Notes under the pieces: generated by a model | Told to the model about the DNA's origin: nothing | Database searches by the model: none | The model's input: only the letters and a program-made list of their open reading frames with translations | Virus record (IMG/VR): IMGVR_UViG_3300047546_001437 | Span: 8,667 to 72,666 of that record | Length of the DNA stretch: 64,000 bases | Strand: one strand, 5' to 3' | From: a virus | Made by a program: the position numbers and the translations under genes | Shown: piece after piece, positions 27,175 through 36,300 of the stretch | Numbering within the stretch: the stretch's first letter is position 1 | How the letters are laid out: every line of letters begins with the position of its first letter

Positions 27175-28305
27175 ATGTCGGAAGAGATTAAGAAAAACCA
27201 GCCAGGAGAAACTGGCGAACTAGGCGGAACAGCACCTGGTCTATATCAAGGCCAAGGCGCATTCGCTTCAGGTGGTATTGGTGGTGTAACAGATCCAGGT
27301 GCAAGTACACTTGGCAACATCCCTAATGCTAACTTTGGTGTAACATCTGGTCCTAATGCCGTAAACCCTTCGGGTGATGCTGCAAGCGGAATTCTACGTC
27401 CTGAACAAGCACAACGTTTTATTGACTATGTGTGGGATGCAACCGTTCTCGCCCAGGATGGTCGTCGTGTGACCATGAGAGCAAACACCATGGAACTAGA
27501 GAAGATTAACGTAGGTGAGCGTGTAATTCGTGCTGCTGCACAAGCAGTTGGTAACTACACTAACACAGGCGCAACCTTCTCCAAGGTCGAATTAACAACA
27601 AAGAAACTTCGCCTTGATTGGGAAGTTTCTGCAGAAGCACTTGAAGACAATGTCGAGGGGGCTGCATTAGAAGATCATCTTGTTCGCTTGATGACCAATG
27701 CATTCGCTAATGACATCGAAGACCTCGCTATCAATGGCGACGGTGCAACAGGTGACTTCCTCTCAATTATGCCTGGCTTCATCAAGAAGCACAAGGATAA
27801 TGGAGATTCCCATGAATCTGTAGTAACAGTTGCAGATAATGCATGGACACCAGAAGTTATGCAAAACATCATCCTTGCGATGCCACGTAAGTATCGTGCA
27901 CTTAAGAACAATCTTAAGTTCTATGCAGGTACAGACGCATTCGCAGGTATTGTTAAGAATAACGGAACACTCGCTGATGCAGTAGCAGAAGCGTTTGCTG
28001 GCCGTGTTGCTGGCACATCCGCTAACCGTCAAGCATACCTTGATGGTGGCGCACAGACATTCGGTGGAGCACGTACAACTCGTGTTCTCGGAATCGATGT
28101 ACAAGAAGTTCCTTACTACCCTGCAGGATATGTCGATTTGACATTCCCACAGAACCGTGTTTGGGGCTTCCAGCGTGATATCGTCGTCAACCGTGAATAT
28201 GTTGCGAAGAAGGATACAATTGAATATACTGTATTCGTTCGCTTCGGTATTCAATGGGAAGAAGAAGACGCAATTGCGTGGGCAGATGCTGCAGCAGATG
28301 CATAA
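27175..28305 (+). CDS. Major capsid protein (HK97 fold)
   Basis: SD AGGAGG; 'GILRPEQAQRFID', 'EALEDNVEG', 'DIEDLAINGD'; biased high-expression codon usage; follows protease. Confidence 0.9.
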   Translation: MSEEIKKNQPGETGELGGTAPGLYQGQGAFASGGIGGVTDPGASTLGNIPNANFGVTSGPNAVNPSGDAASGILRPEQAQRFIDYVWDATVLAQDGRRVTMRANTMELEKINVGERVIRAAAQAVGNYTNTGATFSKVELTTKKLRLDWEVSAEALEDNVEGAALEDHLVRLMTNAFANDIEDLAINGDGATGDFLSIMPGFIKKHKDNGDSHESVVTVADNAWTPEVMQNIILAMPRKYRALKNNLKFYAGTDAFAGIVKNNGTLADAVAEAFAGRVAGTSANRQAYLDGGAQTFGGARTTRVLGIDVQEVPYYPAGYVDLTFPQNRVWGFQRDIVVNREYVAKKDTIEYTVFVRFGIQWEEEDAIAWADAAADA

Positions 28306-28323
28306 TCTGTGATCAGTACCTTT

Positions 28324-28366
28324 TGAGAGGGGGCAGGGGTTATATCTCCTCCCCCTCTTAATCTTT
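28324..28366 (+). terminator. Intrinsic terminator after MCP
   Basis: TGAGAGGGGGCAGGGG-ttatat-CTCCTCCCCCTCTTA stem followed by ATCTTT. Confidence 0.75.
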
Positions 28367-28373
28367 AGTATTC

Positions 28374-28382
28374 TGTTATAAT
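28374..28382 (+). promoter_or_regulatory. Extended -10 promoter (TGTTATAAT)
   Basis: Directly after the terminator; SD AGGAGG; ATG 28404. Confidence 0.65.
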
Positions 28383-28403
28383 AGACACACAGGAGGTATA
28401 AAA

Positions 28404-28934
28404 ATGTCAGAAGAAAACAACAATGGTTCAGTAGAATATACAGCACCAGAAGTACAGTTTGCACCATATATGGCTCCAGAAAATTCTGTAGATTCAATTT
28501 GGGGTAGCCCAGCAGCACCTGCTACTTATGAGGCTCCAGGAGCACCAGAAGAAACTCCAGCCCCAGCATATGAAGCACCAGTTGCTCCAGTAGAAGTTCC
28601 TGCAGCGTATGAGGCACCAGTAGCACCATCAGACAATGTAATTACAGCACCAGCATTTGCTAGGTCAGAAGTTCCAGCAATGGGAGTTGTTGAAAATGGT
28701 GTAATTGGAGCAACCGTATTAAAGCCAGAACCTAAAAAGACTGGTAAAAAGCCTGCTTCAAAGAAGGCAGAAACTGTTGCAATTTATTCAACCAAAAATG
28801 TAACATGGAACGGTGTTGGAAAAGTTTATCGTGGCTACAATATTGTAGAAAAAGATGCTGCAGATAAATGGCTTACCCGTGATCATTGCCGTATTGCTAC
28901 ACCAGAAGAAGTAAAAAAGGAATTTGGTAAGTAG
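28404..28934 (+). CDS. Hypothetical head-associated protein with Pro/Ala/Glu-rich YxAP repeats and small C-terminal domain
   Basis: Five YxAP motifs in N-terminal half; position after MCP. Confidence 0.6.
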   Translation: MSEENNNGSVEYTAPEVQFAPYMAPENSVDSIWGSPAAPATYEAPGAPEETPAPAYEAPVAPVEVPAAYEAPVAPSDNVITAPAFARSEVPAMGVVENGVIGATVLKPEPKKTGKKPASKKAETVAIYSTKNVTWNGVGKVYRGYNIVEKDAADKWLTRDHCRIATPEEVKKEFGK

Positions 28935-28936
28935 TA

Positions 28937-29812
28937 ATGGAAATTTTGAGAGTTCCGCCACTTCCAATAACTGTACTTATTGATGTACCAAGTGCATCAA
29001 CTGAGTACGAGTATAAGGTTATTGATTTGGCGGACTCATCAGAAATTAATGAAACCGTTACATCAAATACATCATCAAAAATATTAGTTACGCTACCATC
29101 AATATACGATAATGATTATGAAGTTGTTGTCGAAGGAAACTCACACTTCTATGAATTAAGAAGGCCTTATTCAAATCCAGAAAATTATGGAACAACTGCG
29201 TCAGAGATTAACGCATACAAACTTAATGAAGAATTAGCAAGAGCAATTATAGATGCAGATAGCGAAGAATTTTATTATAAAAAAGAAGTAATAGAAACAA
29301 CAGGTCTAGGCTTAGACTATATTCCTGTTTGGAAAGAAGTTCACAAAGTACTTAAAGTCTATGAAAACAATGTTTTGGTTTGGGATGCAGATAATCCAGA
29401 CGATTATTCAGTTGAATATGTATTAACAGATGACAAGACCGCTATAACTATGGCCTCGTCTGAACCAGTAAATAGAGATGAGTCTGCAAGAATATTATTA
29501 CCAGCATCTCCTACAGATGTAGTTGATTTTCATTATGCTCCACGAGGATTTCCAAAAGGCTGGGATTATAAAATAATTGTTGCAACAGGATATCCATCAT
29601 TGCCATCAGACATTACTAGAGCAGCAGAGATTTTGATTCATGATATTGAGTGTGGAAAGTTAGATTATTATAAAAGATATATTGCTGCATACAATACGGA
29701 TCAATTTAGAATTCAGTTTGACAAATCGGTTTTTAGTGGAACAGGGAACCTAATCGTAGACAAAATACTATCTAAGTATGAAAAGTCTATTAAATATATC
29801 GGGGTGTTGTAA
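28937..29812 (+). CDS. Head-tail adaptor/connector protein
   Basis: 'GYPSLPSDITRAA..LI.D' and 'VDKILSKY' adaptor-like motifs; synteny. Confidence 0.6.
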   Translation: MEILRVPPLPITVLIDVPSASTEYEYKVIDLADSSEINETVTSNTSSKILVTLPSIYDNDYEVVVEGNSHFYELRRPYSNPENYGTTASEINAYKLNEELARAIIDADSEEFYYKKEVIETTGLGLDYIPVWKEVHKVLKVYENNVLVWDADNPDDYSVEYVLTDDKTAITMASSEPVNRDESARILLPASPTDVVDFHYAPRGFPKGWDYKIIVATGYPSLPSDITRAAEILIHDIECGKLDYYKRYIAAYNTDQFRIQFDKSVFSGTGNLIVDKILSKYEKSIKYIGVL

Positions 29813-30261
29813 TGGTAATATGCGAAACACCAGACTTCGCCTTCCCAATGCTTGCTGACGTATATCATCCAATTGTAGAGCAAGGAGTTTATGGAGAAGT
29901 TAAAAAGACTTGGATTTTGGATAGAACAATAGCATGTTCTTTTAATTCAGCAGGAACTGCTTTTAAAGAAGAGATCACACCAAACATAAATATAACACAA
30001 GACAAACTACTTCTTGGTAGGGCAAAGAATGATATAAGAATGTCAAGTTTAGAGGCTCGTAACTCTATAAATAATGTTATTATTACAAATATTCGTGATA
30101 AAAATTGTAATGAAATATATACAGAAACATCAGGGCCACGTGCAGGCAAGTCTACAATTTTTGAGATTGCAACTCAAGACCCATTTACTGGTCCGTTTGG
30201 AAATGTTGAATATTATAAATTAGTTATACGTAGATCAGAAAATCAGGCGGTAGACGTATGA
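29812..30261 (+). CDS. Head closure/stopper protein (putative)
   Basis: Synteny and size; coupled genes. Confidence 0.5.
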   Translation: MVICETPDFAFPMLADVYHPIVEQGVYGEVKKTWILDRTIACSFNSAGTAFKEEITPNINITQDKLLLGRAKNDIRMSSLEARNSINNVIITNIRDKNCNEIYTETSGPRAGKSTIFEIATQDPFTGPFGNVEYYKLVIRRSENQAVDV

Positions 30262-30932
30262 TAGTTAAATTTAATAATGCAATGTTTAAAAAAGATATGA
30301 AGAACATAATTGATTATTCTATTGGCTTTTTAGATGGTGTAAAAAAGGGCAAGACCCCATTCTTACAGGCAGTAGGTTTAGAAACAGTAGAATTAATGAA
30401 GCAATACATTGACTCAAGTGCAAGAACAAATCCAGCAGTTCTTCATCACGTATATGAGTGGAATCAGGCTGGAAGTCCAAATGCAAGATTATTTGATATT
30501 AATTATACGGTTAGTGGGCTCGGACTTTCTTTTAGATCTACATTTACACAATCTACATCGATTAAAAACGGATCTCGTGTTCCATTTTATGACAAAGCAA
30601 GAATTATGGAGCAAGGAATTTCTGTAACAATAAAACCAAAGCAGGCTCAGGTTTTAGCATTTACTGATAATGGTGAAGAGATTTTTACTAAGGGGCCAGT
30701 TAACGTAAGTAATCCTGGTGGCGATGCCGTTGCTGGAGGATTTGAGAGAACGTTTGATGAATTTTTTAATAGATACTTTACTCAGGCATTTTTAAGAGTA
30801 AGCGGTGTTGCAAAATATTTAGAAAATCCAATAGCGTATAAGAAAAATCTTCCTGCAGGTAAAAGGACTGGAAGATCAAAGGGTATCGAAACAGGATATC
30901 GCTGGATAGCAAACGCAGGAGTAGGTGCATAA
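30258..30932 (+). CDS. Neck/tail completion protein (putative)
   Basis: Synteny; basic helical protein. Confidence 0.45.
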   Translation: MIVKFNNAMFKKDMKNIIDYSIGFLDGVKKGKTPFLQAVGLETVELMKQYIDSSARTNPAVLHHVYEWNQAGSPNARLFDINYTVSGLGLSFRSTFTQSTSIKNGSRVPFYDKARIMEQGISVTIKPKQAQVLAFTDNGEEIFTKGPVNVSNPGGDAVAGGFERTFDEFFNRYFTQAFLRVSGVAKYLENPIAYKKNLPAGKRTGRSKGIETGYRWIANAGVGA

Positions 30933-31534
30933 TGGCCATTTCATATCCACCAATATTTATAAATGACTATTTGCAGGAAAAGATTGCACAAGCCTTTGAA
31001 ACTGAGTGGAAGTTTGAGGACGATGTCACACGTACCAAACTTAATATCCCATTTTTCCCAACAGGTCCAAGCACAATAGAGCAACTTACATCACAGTTTC
31101 CAAGTTCTGAATATGGACTATTTTGTGTATATGACAGAATGTTCAGGATGCGTCGCAAAGCATTCCCACACATTAAAGACGAACAAATTTTGTATTATTT
31201 TTATAAAACTGTGGGGGACCCAGCATTACTTATAGAAACTACTCAGAAGGTTCAAGATCTGCTCGACAGAGGCGATGAGTCTGCACAAGAAGTCAATAAA
31301 TGGATTCAGGATAAACTGGACCCAGAGACAAAATTATATAAAGGTAAATTTCTTCCAGTATATTTTCATGAATTTACGATATATCAATTAGAAGAGGCAC
31401 GAGATATAATTGATTTTGGTACGGCCAGAACCTATGCTGGAAATAAGATAATTATTAGTTATTGTTATCACTCCAAGGGTGAGGGCAAAAATGCAGACGG
31501 AAATCGCACATATAATAGTACAATAATTTCATAA
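30932..31534 (+). CDS. Tail terminator/completion protein (putative)
   Basis: Synteny, immediately before the tail tube gene. Confidence 0.45.
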   Translation: MAISYPPIFINDYLQEKIAQAFETEWKFEDDVTRTKLNIPFFPTGPSTIEQLTSQFPSSEYGLFCVYDRMFRMRRKAFPHIKDEQILYYFYKTVGDPALLIETTQKVQDLLDRGDESAQEVNKWIQDKLDPETKLYKGKFLPVYFHEFTIYQLEEARDIIDFGTARTYAGNKIIISYCYHSKGEGKNADGNRTYNSTIIS

Positions 31535-31601
31535 AAGGCCTGTATAATAATAAACGAGGAAACACGCCTTTTATTTCTATAGAAAAAAAGAGGTGAAATT
31601 A

Positions 31602-32216
31602 ATGGCTCTAGGTAATAGCAGTAATATTATCGTAGGTGCAGCGCAGGTCTGGGTACATGACGGACTACTTACGGACGCCGCTCTGCCAGCATATGTTGAT
31701 GCCGTAAAGTACGGAACAACACTTGATGCAGATGCTGACTTCCGCAATGTTGGTTACACCATGAATGGTTTGGAACTACAGTTCCAGCCAGATTTTGGTG
31801 AAGTCGCAGTAGATCAGGTTCTTGACGTTGCCAAGTTGTTCAAGCAAGGTATGCAGGTAAACCTAAATACCACATTTGCTGAATCAACACTAGAAAATCT
31901 TCTTGTTGCAACTGCAGGATCTGACTCAGATCTTAGCACTGTATCAGGAAACCCAACACTCAATCTTAAGGCAGGAACCCTTGGTGAATGTCCTATTGAG
32001 CGTGGTATTGTAGCGGTTGGACCAGGAACAGGTGACTGTGAAGCAGGTTCAAACTTGGAACGAGTCTATGTTGCGTATCGTGCACTTTCAATTGAGAGCG
32101 TAACGGTATCTGCAAAGCGTGATGAGGCAACAATGTTTGAAGTTTCATTCCGCCTACTCCCTAATGACAATGGATCTTATGGTAAGATCGTTGATCGTAC
32201 AGTCGACGTAGCATAA
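31602..32216 (+). CDS. Major tail tube protein
   Basis: SD GAGGTG before ATG 31602; 'NIIVGAA', 'VGYT.NGLE', 'T.FAE.TLENL'; own -10 (31543-48) and downstream terminator. Confidence 0.8.
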   Translation: MALGNSSNIIVGAAQVWVHDGLLTDAALPAYVDAVKYGTTLDADADFRNVGYTMNGLELQFQPDFGEVAVDQVLDVAKLFKQGMQVNLNTTFAESTLENLLVATAGSDSDLSTVSGNPTLNLKAGTLGECPIERGIVAVGPGTGDCEAGSNLERVYVAYRALSIESVTVSAKRDEATMFEVSFRLLPNDNGSYGKIVDRTVDVA

Positions 32217-32230
32217 TACAATTTAATAAT

Positions 32231-32269
32231 ACAGATAGCCCAGCCCACAAGGTTGGGCTTTTCTGTTTT
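32231..32269 (+). terminator. Intrinsic terminator after tail tube gene
   Basis: ACAGA-TAGCCCAGCC-cacaa-GGTTGGGCT-TTTCTGTTTT. Confidence 0.8.
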
Positions 32270-32277
32270 GGTATACT
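32269..32277 (+). promoter_or_regulatory. Extended -10 promoter, probably leaderless (TGGTATACT, 8 nt before ATG 32286)
   Basis: No SD before the ATG. Confidence 0.6.
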
Positions 32278-32285
32278 TATATGTA

Positions 32286-32972
32286 ATGGCAACAAAGATA
32301 TATGATACAGCAAAAATATCACTGGTAGATGGAGAGGAAATAACTTTAACTCCATTAAAAATAAAATACCTTCGTGAGTTTATGTCAGCATTTGAATTAG
32401 TTAAAGATGCAAAAGATGACGATGATGCAATAACTAAACTATCTGAATGCGCTAGAATAACTATGCAACAGTATTGTCCTAGAATAAAAACAATTGAAGA
32501 TTTAGAAGATAATTTAGATTTGCCATCAATTTATAAAATATTAGATATTGCAGCAGGTATTAAGGTAAGTGACAAATCTGATAAATCTGTCAAAAATCAG
32601 GCAACCGAAAGTGGTTCTACATGGGAAACACTAGATTTGGCTAAACTAGAATCAGAAACATTTTTATTAGGAATTTGGAAAGACTATGAAGAATTGGAAA
32701 CATCTCTTTCTATGCCAGAAATGCTTGCTACACTAGAAATAAAAAGAGAACTAGACTACTCTGAAAAGAAGTTCTTGGCTGCAATTCAAGGGGTAGATCT
32801 AGACAAGCAGTCAAATAAATCTAATGCTTGGGAAGATATGAAGGCTAGAGTATTCAGCAAGGGCAAGGCTAAAGATGCAAATGATATTGTGGCCCTACAA
32901 GGTGTTAATGCACAACAGGCTGGATTTGGTATTGGTTTGGGATTAGACTATGAGGATCTCACCAAAAAATAA
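32286..32972 (+). CDS. Tail assembly chaperone, long 'GT-like' form
   Basis: Between tail tube and TMP; N-terminal ~105 aa paralogous to 33018..33347; extra C-terminal helical domain. Confidence 0.65.
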   Translation: MATKIYDTAKISLVDGEEITLTPLKIKYLREFMSAFELVKDAKDDDDAITKLSECARITMQQYCPRIKTIEDLEDNLDLPSIYKILDIAAGIKVSDKSDKSVKNQATESGSTWETLDLAKLESETFLLGIWKDYEELETSLSMPEMLATLEIKRELDYSEKKFLAAIQGVDLDKQSNKSNAWEDMKARVFSKGKAKDANDIVALQGVNAQQAGFGIGLGLDYEDLTKK

Positions 32973-32981
32973 AGTGCACTA

Positions 32982-32990
32982 TGGTATAAT
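32982..32990 (+). promoter_or_regulatory. Extended -10 promoter (TGGTATAAT)
   Basis: Followed by SD AAGGAGG (33005-11) and ATG 33018. Confidence 0.7.
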
Positions 32991-33017
32991 TAATTCAACC
33001 TTATAAGGAGGCAATAA

Positions 33018-33347
33018 ATGGCTACTACCGTACATGAAGAAAAAACGGTAACATTAATCGATGGAACAACAATAAAGGTACGCCCTTTGAAGATCTCTCT
33101 ACTTCGTCAGTTTATGTCTAAGTTTGAGGGTATCGCTGCTGTGGCGGAAGATAATGAAAAATCAATGAATCTACTTATGGAGTGTGTTGCTATTGCAATG
33201 AAGCAATACAAGCCTGAGTTAGCAGAAGACATGGAGGCTCTAGAAGAAAATCTAGATCTTCCAACTGTATACAAGATTGTCGAAGAAGCATCTGGAATCA
33301 AATTAACTGATGCATCGCTAGTAGGCAGTTTTGTAACAAACAGTTAA
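33018..33347 (+). CDS. Tail assembly chaperone, short 'G-like' form
   Basis: Immediately before TMP; 'L.DG..I...PLKI..LR.FM..FE' and 'LE.NLDLP..YKI...A.GIK' shared with 32286 gene. Confidence 0.7.
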   Translation: MATTVHEEKTVTLIDGTTIKVRPLKISLLRQFMSKFEGIAAVAEDNEKSMNLLMECVAIAMKQYKPELAEDMEALEENLDLPTVYKIVEEASGIKLTDASLVGSFVTNS

Positions 33348-33362
33348 TAGAGGTGCAAGTGA

Positions 33363-36300
33363 ATGGCTGATATTCAGTCAAATATTCAAGTAAATATAGA
33401 TACGTCGGAAGCGTTAGCAAGTATAAAGGCGCTTCAACGACAGATATCAGCCTTTCACACCTCAATGGCAAAAAGTGGTGCTGCTGCTGCTGCAGTATCC
33501 GCTAACTTACAACAAAACTTAGTTAACTCTCTTAATGCTACTGGTAAGTTTGCAGCAGAGATGCGAACAATTCGCACAAGTACAGAATCATTTACAAATT
33601 CTTTAGAAAAAAATAAATTTACAATGCGGGAATACTTCCGCTATGCTGGTGCATCAACAAAAACCTTTGGCAGACTTTTTAGATCCGAATTTGATACTAT
33701 TGAAAAGGTTGCTCGTGAAAGAGTAAAAACTTTACAAACACAATACATAAAGATGGGCCGTGATGCCAACGGTGCAATGAAGGCAATTGCTGTTAGACCT
33801 CTTGCACTCGATATGGAAAATCTTGCTACAAAAACTCAAATTGCAGCACAAAGACAGCAACTCCTAAATCAACTTCTTAAGCAAGGCTCTACAAATCTTC
33901 TAAATTTTGGTAAGAATACACAGTGGGCTGGTCGTCAGTTAATGGTTGGTTTCACAATTCCTTTGATGTATCTTGGCACTGCAGCATCTAAAACATTTAT
34001 GAAATTAGAAGAGCAGGCTATTAGATTTAAGCGTGTTTATGGTGAAATGTTTACAACTGGACAAGAGACAGACAAGATGCTCAAAGAGGTTCAGTTACTT
34101 GCAAAAGAGTTTACAAAGTATGGCGTTGCTGTTGAAAAAACAATGGAAATGGCTGCAACTGCAGCAGCAAGCGGTAAAATGGGAGCAGACTTACTTGCAC
34201 AAGTAAATCAGGCAACACGACTTGCAGTTCTTGGTGGAGTAGAGCAAGAGCAAGCACTCGAGACAACAATTTCATTAACTAATGCTTTTGGTGTAGCAGC
34301 AGAAGATTTAACTAAAAAGATTAACTTCCTTAACGCAGTTGAAAATCAAACTGTTGTATCTATTGAAGACTTAACAGTTGCAATTCCAAAGGCTGGACCA
34401 GTGGTTCAACAATTGGGTGGAGACGTAGAGGATTTAGCATTCTTCCTAACTGCCATGAAGGAAGGTGGAATTAATGCATCAGAAGGTGCCAACGCACTCA
34501 AGTCTGGTCTTGCATCATTAATTAATCCAACTAAAAAAGCAAGCGCAATGCTTGCTGATATGGGAATTAATATTACAGGAATTGTTGAAGCAAACAAGGG
34601 TAACGTAAAGGGAGTAGTTGTTGAATTTGCTAAAGCATTAGATACTCTAGATCCACTAAATCGTGCTCGTGCAATTGAGCAGTTATTTGGCAAGTTCCAG
34701 TTTTCACGTTTGTCTACATTATTTCAAAATGTTATTGCACAAGGCAGTCAGGCAAGTCGTGTTTTATCTTTAACACAGGCAACCACTGAAGAGTTAGCAA
34801 TTCTAGCAGAACGAGAATTAAAGCGTGTTGAAGAATCCCCAATGTATAAATTTAAGAAATCTATTGAAGATCTTAAAGTTACTCTTGCGCCAGTAGGAGA
34901 AGCATTCCTTAAGGCTGTAACACCAATTGTAGAATTTGTTGCAAAAATATTAGATAAGTTTAATAACTTAGGTGATGGTGCCAAAAACTTTGTTGTTATT
35001 TTAACAACTGTTCTTGCTGGTATTGGTCCAGTAGCACTTATGACATTTGGTTTGCTTGCAAACGGATTAGCAAACATTATTAAACTGTTTACAAGTGTTA
35101 AAAGTTTATTTAATCGTGTAGGACAGTCATCTCAAACACTTGGTGCCACAACCGAATACATGACACAAGAACAACTACAGGCTGCTGCAGTAGCGTCGTC
35201 GCTTGATCAAGTTCATAATAAATTAATACAAACATTTACATCTGAAAGAAATGCACTTACTGCTTTAATTGCTGCATATCAAAGAGCAGTTGCAGCACAA
35301 GCAGCATTTATGCCAGTTGCTGGAATGGTTCGTGGCAAGGGTGGTCCAAAGAAATTTAATAAGGGTACAGTTGGTGTACGTTATTATGCTAATGGAACAG
35401 ATACAGTTCCAGCAATGCTAACTCCTGGTGAAGCAGTAATTCCTGCAGGACCAGCACAACATCCAGCCAATAAACCAGCAATTGCATACATGGTTGCAGG
35501 TGGTATTCTTGGACAACATGCTACTGGAACCACAAAAATTGTTGGAGACAGATCTGTTGGTTTTGGTGGAAAGCAGTTTGTTGCATCTACCAGTGCCAGC
35601 GTTATTGGAATTCAGAATTTAATTAAAGATGCACAAAGACTATCTGGTGTAATCTCAAATATAGACGATTTAATTTTACAGGCATTGAATGAAGCAGTAA
35701 ACGCAATTAACTCAAAGGGTAAAGTTTCTATTAAAAACTTTAAGTCTGCACTTGCAACTGTGGGTGGCGGAGCAATTCCTATGGGCAAAACAACAAAGGC
35801 TTATCAAGGTGGATTTGCTGGAAATGCTGGAGTTGTTGCTGCACACGGAACTCCTGGTGTAGTTCTTTCTGCATCTCAGGCAAATAAACTTGGAGCACAA
35901 CTAGCCCCAGGTGCAGTGGCAAGTCAATTAATGCAAACAACTGGAAATGTAAGAATGCTTTCAAACATGACATTCCCAATGCCAGCATCATTTAATAAAG
36001 GACAAATGACTGGTGCAGAAGGTGCAAAATGGGTTGGACAAAATAGAGCAAGATTTACATCTATGATTGCACAACAGCATGGCTTAAGTCCAAATGATCC
36101 AGGACTACTTGAGTTTGGAAAAATTATTGGACAAGCCTTAAAACGTATGGGTAATACTGTTGTTAGCGAAAGTCAGTTTGAAGAGATTATTGAACAAGGA
36201 CTAAAGAGAGATCTTGATGCAGCAGCAAAGGGAGCATTATTAAAGTCTAAGAATACATTTGCAACTGCACAAATTGGTGGATTTGCTGGACGTGCAGGAC

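Noticed and set aside
32253-33363. Programmed -1 frameshift in the tail chaperone region
   Set aside because: No overlapping downstream frame needing a shift; the long and short forms are separate complete ORFs
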